Of a stretch of 64,000 bases of DNA, positions 14,323-27,555 are shown piece after piece. How positions within the stretch are numbered: the first letter of the stretch is position 1; every line of letters begins with the position of its first letter. The DNA is from Eledone cirrhosa (taxonomy: Eukaryota), in NCBI GenBank assembly GCA_964016885.1, contig OZ024744.1, positions 70,494,001-70,558,000 of the forward strand. The letters run 5' to 3'. Under the pieces are notes generated by a model that did not search any database, was not told the DNA's origin, and saw only the letters and a list, made by a program, of their open reading frames with translations. The translations under genes and the position numbers were made by a program.

Positions 14323-14875
14323 CGCCGCCTTTGTTGATATATTTGCAGATGTATTTAATGCTTTTAACAGATGTGCAGGCCTCCTCGTTGATGTGAGCAT
14401 TAGGAATTTTAGCAAGTAAAGGGCTGTAAGGCAGCACCCAGCTGTTGTCAATGTCGTATTCTTTCCTATACTTCTTAATCCTAGCCGAAAGGCCACCAAA
14501 ATCGGGAGCACGCCGCCGGTAGATGGGGTAGCCGTCAACCCCAGTGCAAGTTTCCCTGGTGAAGGCTCTGGGCTAGTGTTTGGTGCACTTGTTCCCCTTC
14601 ATGCATGAATTTTGGCTGTTAAGGGCACCACAGGGTCCATGTATCATATTAGCCAGCACAACGTTTCAATAAAAAGTTGCATTAAAAAAGAGAGGCATTG
14701 AATGTAAAATGCTAAGCTAAAAGTTAAAAATTAATGTCATTGTTTACGTATAATGAATTGGAAATGCTTCATTAAGAGATGGATATAAAAGTATTTTAGG
14801 TTAAATAGTATAGGGAGGTGTGTAGGATACATACACACATACATACGTAGACATGACGCTCAGCTTTATATAATC
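14323..14875 (-). mobile_element. Helitron Rep fragment
   Basis: PYSPLLAKIPNAHINEEACTSVKSIKYICKYINKGGD; tatataaagctga 5'-end-like word at ~14870. Confidence 0.75.
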
Positions 14876-14953
14876 TCGTGTGTGTGTGTGGTATGCGAGC
14901 GACGACAGATCAAAGATATATAACACGTTACTGAGAGTTAACTAAAGTTTTCT

Positions 14954-14996
<43 letters not shown>

Positions 14997-15145
14997 AGAG
15001 ACCACATTTTTCAATTTAGAAAACCCCAAGTAGACCTGTCGCTTCCTCGGCACCTTTTACATTAATGTGTAAATTTTCATGACAATCAGAGCATTGCTAC
15101 TACCCATTTCACATTTATATAATAGATATATATGTATATGGCAGT

Positions 15146-15249
<104 letters not shown>

Positions 15250-15639
15250 GGTTGTACTTATGTACAAACTATATGTATTTTGTAAGTATGGTAGAGCGAG
15301 AAATAACATTCTAATCTTATACGTATTTTAATCATACCAGACTGGTATTCTAAAACTGATTTTAAAACGTCAGGTTGTCTATTGGTGCATGTATTAAAAT
15401 TCGATTGTTTGTCTCCATATTCATACTGAAAATTCTGGCTATTTTGTCTTGAAGGTATAATAAACACGAAGACAGAAAAAAAAATAATATAAAAAGGTGG
15501 AGGTGGAAGGGTGGGGATGACTGGACTGTCATGTCTAGGCAATATTTCTTAGCTGTACCCCGCGGACAAGATGGCGAAAGCATTGCTGCGGAAAACAGCT
15601 AGCGAAACTTATTGCTTTAACCGCTCCACCTTGCAGGGC

Positions 15640-16215
15640 TCCTTTCTCAGGCGAGATGCACTCGACGGCGACAGGTATAAAAAGAAAGCAATTGGTTAAG
15701 TCCTATCTTTCTCTCCTCTTTGTTTCGGGCAACAGTGCTCGGATTTGTGGTCGAAGTGACATGGCCAGAGGCGGAGAATGTGTTGCAGCATGTGGCGTCC
15801 CAGATTAGAGATATTCCTCCTTCGAACGGGAAAAGGGTTATCTTGTCTGGGCGCTCCCCATCACCACGGTCAAGGCCAGCATGCTCCAGTTGCGGTGAGA
15901 AACCAACCGTATCATGGCTTCTTCTGATGACATCATTCAAGGCAGCGAGCCAAAGGAACCGACCTACGGTGAGAAGATAGAAGGTGTAGTCAACATTCGC
16001 CGACCAAGACTCCACAGGCGCGGAGGCCGAAGTGCTGGGGCCACTCCAATGTAGGTTCCCCCATCACCAAGAAGGATACAGGTTGATGAGGAGAACACCG
16101 AATTGGGCCATGCACCAATGTTTGGCTGCGAGGCAAAACGGAGGCAGGTGAGACGACGTTGATCCAAGGAAGATTCGTGCCTCGTTCAGCATAAAGGGTG
16201 ACCTGCATTTGATGT
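15640..16215 (-). mobile_element. CRE-like RLE fragment
   Basis: HTVGFSPQLEHAGLDRGDGERPDKITLFPFEGGISLIWDATCCNTFSAS. Confidence 0.7.
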
Positions 16216-16600
16216 CGTCCCAAACGCCCACATACATATACAAAAACAGACGCTCTGACGCTAGTCAGGTACATATATATTAAACCCTCACACATCTACA
16301 AGTGATGACATAACAATTGGAGATGGGCCAGCATCTTAAGTTTCGCTATACATGACTAGGTGTATGTGTGTCTGTCTATGTATATGTGACTGTCTATCTG
16401 TGTGTGGGTGTGTATATATACACACATTCATATATGTGTGTGTGTATAAACACACGCATACATATATGTGTGTGTGTGTATATATACACAGATTCATATA
16501 TATGTGTGTATATCTATATATATATTGTTATACTTTGGGAGGGTCATGCTGACAATAAAAACACAAGCACCAGTTGGTTTTCACTTCAATTTATTATAAA

Positions 16601-18313
16601 CTAGCTGAGCTACCCGGTGAATTCCGGGTATTTTATTAAAGTTACAATATTTGACCATTGAAATATGCTGAATTTTAACTAAAGTAGGAATTATAGCAGA
16701 ATATTTATTGCCGTTTGTTTAAAGCAAATCCTGTAGATAAAAATATTATTAGTTTTGTCCAGATGTGATTTTTTAAATACTGCTCCCTAATACAGTCAGC
16801 ATATATAATGCTTCGCACTTGGAAGAATCATTAGGTATGTTGTCAGTGAAAAGGGCATGACCAAAAAATTAAATTTAGATTTTATTTATCCTTTTTTTTT
16901 TTTCACAATCAGAACCTCTGAAATTCAAACAAAATGTGAAGGCTATTTTAAAAAGCATAAATAAAATAAAATTAAAATAATAAATTTACCATTGGTTTAT
17001 GAATGAATGAAGAATTTACTTATTCATTTCTGTAATTCAGGAAAGTTTATTTAAATGTGTATAAGTGTGGTAAATATATACATATATACACCAGGAACCA
17101 AACTCCCACTGCCACTGCCTCCATCTCTTCCGATCTCCCCATCACTCACTATTATGAGCAAATGGGTCCCACGCGCTGACCGGCCAGCAGCCCCGGTGGT
17201 CGGAATAGAGGATGGTGAGGGAGACGCGCAGGAAAATCCATTCCGGCTTGCGAGGCTCACCTCTGCGGGTAGTCAACTCTGTGCTGATGGTGGTGAGTTG
17301 AGAGGTAGCCCTAGAGCCAAGGACACCAGAAATCTCCATTGCTATGGGCTCAACAACAAACTTGTCGGAGAGCGACCGATATTTGGAGAGTTTACGCTCC
17401 TTGGCGGCAGGGCCTGAGTTAATCAAAATTGTTACGCCGTATTTCACCAACTTTTACTTCCATGGCAGTAGGATCTTGTTTGAGGGAGATTTGTTTTCTA
17501 TTCCTTTTAGGTACACCAACAGTTATAGTGGCTTCCATAACATACATACACACATGTGTGTTTGTGTGTGTAAGACTGTTCGCTGTGATTTGAAATGGAT
17601 TTTGCTAATATTTCTAGTAGATCGAGGTGTCACATACAACCTTTCCTTTTTGCTTTATATATATATACATACTTGAGAGAGTAGACTGGGATATATATGT
17701 CTCTAACTTAAGTACGGTGATAAACACACATACACTTGTCTATAATTTAAAAACGCTGAGACACACACGCGCGCGCGGGCACACACACGCTCACATACAC
17801 ACACAGTCTCATTAGGACTTTTGTGAAAGAGAGAGAGAAAGAGAAGTAACGGTAAGAAAGGTGTTAGTTAAGAAGCGTTTAAAAAATAAATAAATAAAAG
17901 TTAGTTATCGAACTATGCTATCATTTTCCTGTTTTCTTTCTCCCTCTTCCCTAATCCCCCCCTCTCTCTTTCTTTGGCTCTCTTTCTCGCGCTCTCATTC
18001 CCTCTCTTTCTCTCTTATCTCCTCTCTCACATCCCCCCTCCCTCTTTCTCTACAGAATGAAAAACAAAAAAAATAAAATAAGTTGTTGCCTCGTTTTGGA
18101 GGATTGGGTTGTGGGAGGAGAAAGGGGAGTAGTGGGAAGGAGGTTTTAATGTCTCCAGAAGTTACAATCCAATTAGCCAATCCTGTTCCTGAATATTGGC
18201 TTAACAGGTATGTAAAGTTTCATCAGGATCGGATCACTGGTGTAGGTGCCAACTGGTTATACACAGATTACACAGATACACAGACAGACAGAAATTGCCA
18301 TTTATATAGTAGA
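16601..18313 (-). mobile_element. complete non-autonomous Helitron (1713 bp)
   Basis: Minus strand A|TCTACTATATAAATGG...tacccgg/aattca/ccgggta hairpin...CTAG|T; the flanks rejoin to ataaa|tttcc, as in the uninterrupted copy at ~63470; no TSD. Confidence 0.85.
17140..17420 (-). mobile_element. CRE-like RLE C-terminal fragment inside the Helitron
   Basis: KLSKYRSLSDKFVVEPIAMEISGVLG...GEPRKPEWIFLRVSLTI. Confidence 0.7.
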
Positions 18314-18357
18314 TTTCCGTTTAGTTGGTTCAATAACCAGATGTTTGCTTATACATT

Positions 18358-18400
18358 GTCAAAGTTCTTTCGTCACACATTCTGTGACCTCCTCAGTGAC
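18358..18400 (-). ncRNA. hammerhead motif, family A pLTR-like module
   Basis: gtca-CTGAGGA-ggtcac/agaatgt/gtgac-GAAA-gaac-TT-tgac; also at 48709-48751, 63034-63076, 63130-63168 (+) and 63524-63566. Confidence 0.65.
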
Positions 18401-18536
18401 TGATTACTTACTTGGTGTCCCTCCATTGTTTTGTCCTACCCTATTGTATTTATGGGTGTTGTGTGCTATGTGCTTGGTTTGCGCATACGTTACATCTGGG
18501 AGTGTGTTTTTATTCATTTATTTATGTAAATATTTA

Positions 18537-18598
<62 letters not shown>

Positions 18599-18643
18599 AA
18601 GAGTGAAGAATAACATGGTCGGGTGTACAAAAAAGGTTTATTT

Positions 18644-18754
18644 ACAGTATTAACAATTGTTTCCAGGTGAGTCTAAAGGCCGCTGATCGCTAAAAATTGC
18701 GTCACTCGACCTTAATTACAGTGTGTGTCTCTGATCAAATCATCGGAATACTGT
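18644..18754 (-). ncRNA. hammerhead with long loop II (C4 variant)
   Basis: acagtatt-CCGATGA...GAAA-caattg-TT-aatactgt; 8-bp stem I. Confidence 0.55.
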
Positions 18755-19120
18755 ACGTTAAAACTATTTTCAGTACAAAGTAATCACAACCTCTAACTGG
18801 ATTACCTAAAGCGATACCTTGATATCCTATATATATATATATATATATAAAGGTTTACATATATATATATATATATACATATATACATATACGTGTTATG
18901 TATATATATATGTGTGTAAACCTTTATATGTAATAATCTCCCGTTAGGTTGAGATACAAATTTGGCTGTATTGTGCTGCGCTCTCTAGCAAAAACCCACC
19001 AGCCGTAAGCAACTAACCACACTCCTTCCAACCTGACCGCTGCTACGTCACGATTCTTAGCCATTTTTGAATGTATTCTTGGCGCGATCACTTTGGAAAA
19101 TTTATTGTCTAGATTTGAGC

Positions 19121-19200
19121 TAACACCTGAAGAGTCCGGTGCTCAAGGTTCCGAAGTTATCAGATATCTTAAAATGCGGACGAAACTATGGTCGAGGTAA
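19121..19200 (+). ncRNA. hammerhead motif
   Basis: CTGAAGA-gtccg...cggac-GAAAC-tatg-GTC; stem I weak. Confidence 0.65.
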
Positions 19201-19680
19201 ATAAATGTATTCTCTTTTCTCCTAGTTTATTTTACACCTAATTCTGTTTAATTGACTGTATATCTGGGCGATTACGCTGTCGAAATATTCGATAAATATT
19301 CCGTCGCAGCCGGCGCGAAGGCTGGTTTCGGTTATTTGTTGGAGATTTCTTCATAGAAGCCTTATTCTTATAGCCTGGTCTATTCGATTTTTTATATGGT
19401 TAATTATGCTAATTGGGAGAGGAAATGGTATATATTTTATCTGGTGATTCTATAGACATGTTTTATTATATATATATATATATATATATGAATGTTTTAA
19501 GTTGGGATTATACATAAACACCATCATCGCCTCTATTATGAATCACGTTATGTTTGTGCTATTGATAATTAATCCTATCCAGTCTCGCACTATATGCAAA
19601 TGAGCAATTCCGTCAGATGTTTTGTATGCAAAACGTATATAAGCTATTGCTTATATTTATCTCTGTACCGAGTGAGCAAA

Positions 19681-19713
19681 CGTCACTGACGATGGAAACA
19701 CTAGTGTCTGGTG
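19681..19713 (+). ncRNA. minimal hammerhead lacking stem II
   Basis: cgtca-CTGACGA-tg-GAAA-cactagtg-TC-tggtg. Confidence 0.6.
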
Positions 19714-19787
19714 TTGTCACGTGGCTACTGGGGTAGCAGTGACATGATTACAGCTTAAAATGAAAGAAACAATATATATATATATAT

Positions 19788-19979
19788 ATAGGAACGAGTA
19801 GGACCCCGACGGCTGAGCTCAAGCCGTTTCGACGGCTAATTCTGGACTGAATTAGTCGTCGAAACGGCTTGAGCTCAGCCGTAGGGGTCCTACTCGTTCC
19901 TATTACCCACTCTACTACCCTAAGTATTGAGTACTTTGGTGCGTTATGGTCCACCTGGTTCCTTACCACATTTCCTTCG

Positions 19980-19982
<3 letters not shown>
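19788..19982 (+). repeat. family D module in (TA)n with fold-back; carries the 3' half of a hammerhead
   Basis: GAAA-cggct/tgagctc/agccg-TA-gggg; copies at 54935-55072 and 59186-59372. Confidence 0.7.
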
Positions 19983-20018
<36 letters not shown>

Positions 20019-20265
20019 TAAATACCTGGACATCGCCGGGGGTGGGGGTAGGTCTGATATGTGCTTATGCATGGGGCTACACAATATGTGTCTGTCTTTA
20101 TGTCTGATCGTTTATGTGTATCTGTGTAGGTGTCTAGTTATATATGTGTGTGTGTGTGTGTGTTATATCTACATTTTCATTCGCTAGAAAGATATCCTAC
20201 TTTAAAGTATAGATTCGAAACTCAGAGTAGCATCAAAGAGTAATGTTGATAATACAATTTTTTTA

Positions 20266-20300
<35 letters not shown>

Positions 20301-20325
20301 ACTGGCTCTCTCTCCCCCTCTCCCC

Positions 20326-20363
<38 letters not shown>

Positions 20364-20419
20364 AACACACACATATATGTGTGTGAGTGTGTGTGCGTGT
20401 CTGTGTGTCTGGGTCTGTG

Positions 20420-20732
20420 TCTGGCAGGAAGGTATACGTTGCTGACGATAGCTAATAAGCTTGAAACTAGTACAGCGTTCCTTTGTCAGTGTTGAACAAA
20501 CGAGCAACGATGGTTGCTAGACACTACGGCTTAATACGGGATGTTTGTTTACAAACACACCGAGCATTATAATAAATGTTCGGTGAATCCATACGTACAT
20601 ATATATGTGTGTGCATGTATGTATATATATATATACATACTACTGTACGTCTGTATACATATATGTATGTACGTATACATGCTTATATTTAAGTAACAGC
20701 CGTACTAAGAGTGGGAAATGAAATTTAGTTTC

Positions 20733-20740
<8 letters not shown>
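20420..20740 (+). mobile_element. solo partial copy of the ~430-bp HHR module; HHR at 20437-20477
   Basis: cgttg-CTGACGA-tagct/aata/agctt-GAAA-ctag-TA-cagcg. Confidence 0.85.
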
Positions 20741-20803
<63 letters not shown>

Positions 20804-20806
<3 letters not shown>

Positions 20807-21460
20807 TGCATCTTCGCTTATCTGGACATCGCTTTTCCGAAATTCGATTTACCGGACGGCTATTTCTATACTACCTCCAGATGAGGAGGACTTGATTTCG
20901 GCAGACGGACAGGTTTGGGCAGCATTTCTTCCGGCGAACGTTACGTCACTTATTCAGCCAATGGACCAGGGAGTTTTGGAGACACTAAAGCGGATTTACA
21001 GAAAACAATTGCTGCGGGATTTGATCGGAAAAGGGGACACGGGAATGATTCCATTTTTACGTGCGATAAACATGAGGGAGGTGGTTGACCGTCCAGCTGT
21101 TGCGTGGAAATGGTAGTGGAACGACGAGCTTCGGCGCGAAAACAATCTTTTATTTATTCATTTTTTAAAAAGTACTAACTTTTTATGGTTTGACTCAATT
21201 CAGTTTTACCAAGTTTTTAGTTATTCTTATGTTTGTTTAATTAATTTTCTTTTAAATTCTAGCTGTTCTTTTGTTATTCTAATAAACTTTCTTTACTTAG
21301 CATTTGTCTTTTATTTTGACTAAAAAGAAGCCAAAACATTAGAAACCACGAGCATTATGTAACAATGGGATTTTAGAATTCACTTATCCGGATATTTCAC
21401 TTAACCGGATCTTTTTCTAACTGCTTGGTTTTGACCGTCCGGATAAGCGAAGATTCACTG
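20804..21460 (+). mobile_element. pogo/Tigger-like internally deleted DNA transposon
   Basis: 24-bp TIRs CAGTG(C/A)ATCTTCGCTTATC(T/C)GGAC, TA on both sides; DDE fragment FLPANVTSLIQPMDQGVLETLKRIYRKQLL. Confidence 0.85.
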
Positions 21461-21461
21461 T

Positions 21462-21790
21462 AATTGAAAAAGTGGAGAATAACATGGTCAACAGTACAAA
21501 AAAAGGGGGATTTATTTACAGTCTAACAATTGTTTCACTGATAAAGATGTCTAAAAATTGCTGAACACTAGAAGCAGTGCCACTCAATTTTAAATACGAT
21601 GTTAGTTCGATCAGATCTTCAGAAACAGTTTCTGAAGATCTGATCGAGCTAACATCGTATTTAAAATTGAGTGGCACTGCTTCTAGTGTTCAGCAATTTT
21701 TAGACATCTTTATCAGTGAAACAATTGTTAAACTGTAAATAAATCCCCTTTTTTGTACTGTTGACCATGTTATTCTCCACTTTTTCAATT
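21462..21790. repeat. ~330-bp palindrome containing a hammerhead (21625-21736 +)
   Basis: Axis tcttcagaaac-a-gtttctgaaga; acagttt-CTGAAGA-tctgat...atcagt-GAAA-caattg-TT-aaactgt. Confidence 0.8.
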
Positions 21791-21974
21791 TTATTACTCC
21801 AAGATAAACTTACATAGGAATACAAGTGAAATCATAAACTCATCATCTACGTAAACCCCTTGTTGAGTCAAACAACGCCGTGCGCTAAAACTATCTATAA
21901 TAAGAAGTATTCACAACCTCTAACTGGATTACCTATAACTATATTTTGTTATCCTTTATATATATATATAAAGC

Positions 21975-22747
21975 ACCCGCGTACCGAAACACAGCTTTAT
22001 CTAGATTCTGCAAATTGTGTATTGAGGAAATTTTTTTATACTTAAATGTAAAAACTCTATTAATCTAAGAACGAATTTATTTAATTCTTGTAGACATCGC
22101 CAGAATTCAACATTCAGAACTATATATAGCTTATAATTATACTTGTAATATTTCTACTTACTTCCATAACAATCTCATCCACTTGGTTTTAATATATTGA
22201 TATCTCTAAATCTTAATATCTATAACATTTACTATAATTCCATTTCTTAAAGTTTCATAAAATATATACGTATATAATTCAAATTTTATTTTATTTTAAA
22301 ATTTTAAAATTTTAATTTTAATTTTAATTTTAATTTTAATAATTTTTATTTCTTTAAAAATTACTTATCTCTTATAAATTATTTCTTTTTATTTTCTCAC
22401 ATTTTTCAATATTTTTTTAATATTTTTTCAATACTTTATCAATATTTTTTCAATATATTTCAATAGATTTATAACCACTAACTGATTCTGGCTAAATGTA
22501 TCTTTCAACATCTATACTTATTTTGACTAAATAGTCTCACACTAACGAATAAATAAATTTTTCCGTATCTTCCCAATTTAAATCATATAAATATAAATAT
22601 TCTTATTAACTCAGTTAATTTAATTTAATTTAACTTAATATTTATTTACATTAAATACAAAACCAATATCCCTCATAAATCATTAGAAGAATTATCTATA
22701 ACTTGATATACCTATCTATTTATTTATTTATTTATTTATTTATGTAT

Positions 22748-22782
<35 letters not shown>

Positions 22783-23355
22783 TGTATTTATTTATTTATC
22801 TATTTATAACAGAAAATATTATATTATAAACAAATTTTAAACAACTAATAATCGTAAATACTTAGAATATATTTCCCCCAAATTAAAGTTATATGAGTTT
22901 TTATTCATCTTCTCTTGTTTCTTTCTTCTCTCTCTCACACACTATTTTTTATCCTTCTCCTATTATCTCTTGTCTATCTCTCTCTCTCCATAGTCGTTTA
23001 AATAAACGGTTGTTTTTCAAGTATTTACATATTCATTTGCATATTCACACATAAGTTTGAAAAATCCCTAATATATTTCCACTATCCAGTGAATTTCCAA
23101 CCGATAAGGTATGATTTTCATGGGTATGTCTCTATTTATAAAACCAACTTTGTATTTTATCTGATGAAAGCGTACCAATGTTTTCTTGGTACCCTTGAAA
23201 TATATATAATAAAATAAATATGGTGTTATAAATATACTTTCCATTTATTTAATATCATTGAATATTTACTCCAGTAACTTGTCGAGTGCTCTAATTCAGT
23301 TATAAACATTTATATTTGTCGGACTTCCAACAAATTAAATACCCCTTCTACTTAT
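21975..23355 (+). mobile_element. PLE 3' end: GIY-YIG C-terminus, AT-rich UTR and hammerhead (23153-23216)
   Basis: RFCKLCIEEIF..SINLRTNLFNSCRHR; tattttat-CTGATGA-aagcgtaccaa..ttggtaccctt-GAAA-tatata-TA-ataaaata. Confidence 0.75.
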
Positions 23356-23382
23356 ATATATATATATATGGGTGTGTGTATA

Positions 23383-23494
<112 letters not shown>

Positions 23495-23965
23495 TATATA
23501 CATATATATACACACACCCATATAATATATATATAGTTTTTATTTCTTCAATTTTAGCTATTTTCTAACACGAACACGATCAGATTTGAGTGAAATTTGG
23601 TTGTTATTTCACGCACGCCATCAGTGATCATGGCTTGGGTGTTTGCCGTCCTTACTCGACCACGACAGAACACTGCACAGGACATTCAATAACAGGTGTT
23701 AAGAAAAAAGAAAATCTGATGGACATTACATGTAAGGGAAAACATCCTTCCTTCTTCTTCGCCTGCCTGCAGGCCTTTGAATTAACTCCCTTTTATGTGT
23801 GTGTGTATGTGTGTATGTGTGTGTGTGTGTGTGTGTGGGTGGGTGGGTGTGTGGGTGTGTGCGTGTGTGCGTGTGCGTGGGTGTGTATGTATATTTTCGT
23901 ACACATTTATATATATATATACATATATAAAGTGTTTGTATATATATATATATATATATATATAT

Positions 23966-24054
<89 letters not shown>

Positions 24055-25129
24055 CAAACACACATTTTGGTCTTTATATTTTCCCGTCCACATTGAAGGG
24101 GTTTTGTTAGATGTATGCCTTTATTTATTGGGTTCTTTTCATTATTTTTCTTCGTTTTTTTTTTTAGACGTCCCGAAGGATTTCTAAGTGTAGGGTTTTA
24201 TTTACATAGCGGAAGTTGATACTGTTTTAATGAAAATTGACAGGGATTTTTTTTCATCTAGGGTTTGTTGCTGTCCGCTCAAATAAAAAAAATAAATTAG
24301 GGGTCAGACTCTGTCCCCTATCAGTTACAGAATAAAATATAAATAAAATAAATAATATAATGGGATTTTCTGCGATTTTCTGCTATGTGATAGCTAGATT
24401 TGTTAGAATATTAGAAATAGCAGCCAAATTTCCGAATGCTAGAAATAGCAGCGAAATTTCCAAATTAATTCACACCAAATGCTAGAAAATACATTCATAA
24501 AATATATACGTATATAGAAATGATAGACAAAGCTCACTCAAAAAATACACCCCTATTGTTCCAAGAAATGCTAGAAATAGCAGCCAAATCTCTTCTCTTT
24601 CCATCTTTCCGTCTTTCTTCTTTCCTTTCTTTCTTTCTTTCTTTCTTCTTCCCTTCCTTCCTTCTTTCTTTCTTTCCTTCCTCTGCTTGCTTCCGTCCGT
24701 TCTACCTTTCAACTGTGTTCCGCATCACTGCAAGTATAAAATTCTCCATCATCACCATCAACAACCGCCTCCCTCTAACCTTGTACCCTTCTAACACCTC
24801 CCAGTGAAATATACCCGTTACGCCAACCCTATCTCTCCTCAATCACGGTCTGAGCCTGACCTAGGGCTAAATAAAAGCCACAGCAGCTAAACTAATTATT
24901 TGTCATTGAAGAAGACGAAGAAGAAAAGACACAAGCCGGCAGAGTCCCTTGAGAATTAACCGATGTATCAGTATATATGCATCGTAAAATTAGGATTTTA
25001 AGGGTCATTAGAGGTTGGTTAGGGTAGGTTAGGGTAGATTAGGAATTGGATAGATTAGAGTAAGGTTTTGGGAGTGTGTCGGGGTGTGATGGAAGCGGTA
25101 GAAAGATGAGAAGATGGATGGCGGATGGT

Positions 25130-26030
25130 GAATAGTGGTGGTAGTTTGTAATAGTGGTGTTTTGGTGGTGGTGGTGGAGGTGGTAGTGGTGGTAGTGGTG
25201 GTGATGTGGGTGGGGGCGGGGTGGATGTAGGGTGGGGTGGGGGTAGTGGTGATGATGCTAGGGGTCTGGTGGTGGTAGGGTGGTGGTGGTGGTGTTGGTG
25301 ATGGCGGCGTAGGCAGAGGAAGGTGGTAGTGATGGTGATGGTGGTGGTGGTAGTGGTGATGATGCTAGGGGTCTGGTAGTGGTAGGGTGCTGGTGGTGGT
25401 GTTAGTGATTGCGGCGGAGGTAGAGGAAGGGGTAGTGGTGGTGGTGGTGGTGGTGGTGGTGGTGGTGGTGGTGTTCGTGGTGGTGATGGTGGCGGTGGTG
25501 ATGGTGGTAGTGGTGATGATGCTAGGGGTGTGGTAGTGGTAGGGTGCTGGTGGTGTTGGTGATAGCGATGGGGAGGGGGGTATGGTGGCGGCGGTTGTGG
25601 TGGTGCTGGTGGCTGTGGTGGTGGCGGTGGTGCTGTGATGGTGATGGTGATGATGGTGGTGGTGGTGGTGGTAGTGCTGCTGGTGGCTGTGGTTCTAGCG
25701 GTAGCGCTGTGATGGTGATGGTGGTGGTAATGGCAGCGGGGGGGTGACGGTGATGGTGTTTCTCGTGGTGGTCGTAGTGATGGTGGCGGCGGCGGTGGTC
25801 GTCGTCGTCGTGGTAGTGATGTGGTGGTGTTGTTGTTGTTGGTGGTGGTGGTGGCGGTGTTGGTGGTGGTGTTGATGGTGGTGGTGTTGGTGGTGTGGGT
25901 CGTGTTATGGTGGTGGTGTTAATGGTGGTGGTGGTGGTGGTGATGGTGGTGGTGGTGGTGGTGGTGGTGGTGGTCGTGGTGGTCGTGGTGGTCGTGGTGG
26001 TGGTGGTGGTGGTGGTGGAGGTGGTAGTAG
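25130..26030 (+). repeat. degenerate (GGT)n simple repeat
   Basis: Direct inspection. Confidence 0.9.
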
Positions 26031-26689
26031 GTGAGAGTAGATTGTGAAAAGATGGTGAAATGTGGTGTGAGTGGCGATGGAAGTGTTATACTTTCGAAAG
26101 ATGAGGAGCGGAACGCTTTGATGAAAGATGGAAACGGAAGGAAGAATTTTTTTTTTTTTAAACAGTAAATTTGGCTGCTGTTTCTAGCTATTTCTAAGGT
26201 GATATTTCTATCGTTTAAGAAGAATATTCTAAGACGGTAGTTAGTAGGAGTATAATTTGAGGAAGAACTAGTTGCTTTTTCTAGCATTTTGTAATGAAGA
26301 AAGAAAGCAAGGAAGGAAGAAAGGAAGGAAAGAAGGAAGGAAAGAATGCAAGAAAAATAGAGAGGTAGAAAGAAAGAAAGTAAGAAAAATGAGAACCATA
26401 AACTGAGAGTGAGTGAAAGGGAGAGGGGGAGAGTGTGTGTATGCGTGTGTGAGTGTGAAAGATAGAGAAAGAGAGGAGGAGAGAGCGTGTGTGAGTGTGA
26501 AAGAGAGAGAAAGGGGGAGTGTGTGTGTGTGTGAGTGTGAAAGAGAGAGAAAGAAAGGGTAGGAGAGAGAGTAATAGAGAGAGTGGATAGGAGAGAGAGT
26601 AAGAGAGAGAGGGGTAAGAGACAGAGTAAGGAAGTTAAAGAAAGAGACAGCGAAGAGAGTAAATAGGAGAAGGGAATGAAAGAAAATAT

Positions 26690-27555
26690 GAGAGATAGTG
26701 TGAGAGGGAGAGAGGGAAGAGGTAAGAGAAGATGTGGGAGGGAGAGATGAAGGGGTAAGAGATGGTGTGGGAGGGAGAGAAAGAAGAGGTAAGAGATGGT
26801 GTGAGAGGGAGAGAAGAAGAGGTAAGAGATGGTGTGGGAGGGAGAGAAATAAGAGGTAAGAGGTGGTGTGGGAGGGAGAGAAGAAGAGGTGATGGTGTGG
26901 GAGGGAGGGAGAGAAAGAAGAGGTAAGAGATGGTGTGGAAGGGAGAGAAGAAGAGGTAAGAGATGGTGAGGGAGGGAGAGAAAGAAGAGGTAAGAGATGG
27001 TGAGGGAGGGAGAGAAGAAGAGGTAAGAGATGGTGTGGAAGGGAGAGAAAGAAGAGGTAAGAGATGGTGAGGGAGGGAGAGAAGAAGAGGTAAGAGATGG
27101 TGTGGAAGGGAGAGAAGAAGAGGTAAGAGATGGTGAGGGAGGGAGAGAAGAAGAGGTAAGAGATGGTGTGGGAGGGAGAGAAAGAAGAGGTAAGAGATGG
27201 TGAGGGAGGGAGAGAAAGAAGAGGTAAGAGATGGTGTGGGAGGAAGAGAAGATGAGGTAAGAGATGGTGTGGAAGGGAGAGAAGAAGAGGTAAGAGATGG
27301 TGTGGGAGGGAGAGAAGAAGAGGTAAGAGATGGTGTGGGAGGGAGAGAAGAAGAGGTAAGAGGTGGTGTGGGAGGGAGAGAAGAAGAGGTAAGAGATGGT
27401 GTGGGAGGGAGAGAAGAAGAGGTAAGAGATTGAGGAGAGGGAGGAGAAGAAGGGGGAGAGGGAGGGGGAGGAGGTGGTGGAGGAGGAGGAGGAGGAGGAG
27501 GAGGAGGAGGAGGAGGAGGAGGAGGAGGAGGAGGAGGAGGAGGAGGAGGAGGAAT
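26690..27555 (+). repeat. 33-34 bp purine-rich minisatellite (~20 units) followed by (GGA)n
   Basis: Unit gaagaagaggtaagagatggtgtgggagggaga. Confidence 0.9.

Noticed and set aside
23590-23790. Unique-looking stretch as a host exon
   Set aside because: No recognisable protein motif or convincing splice pair
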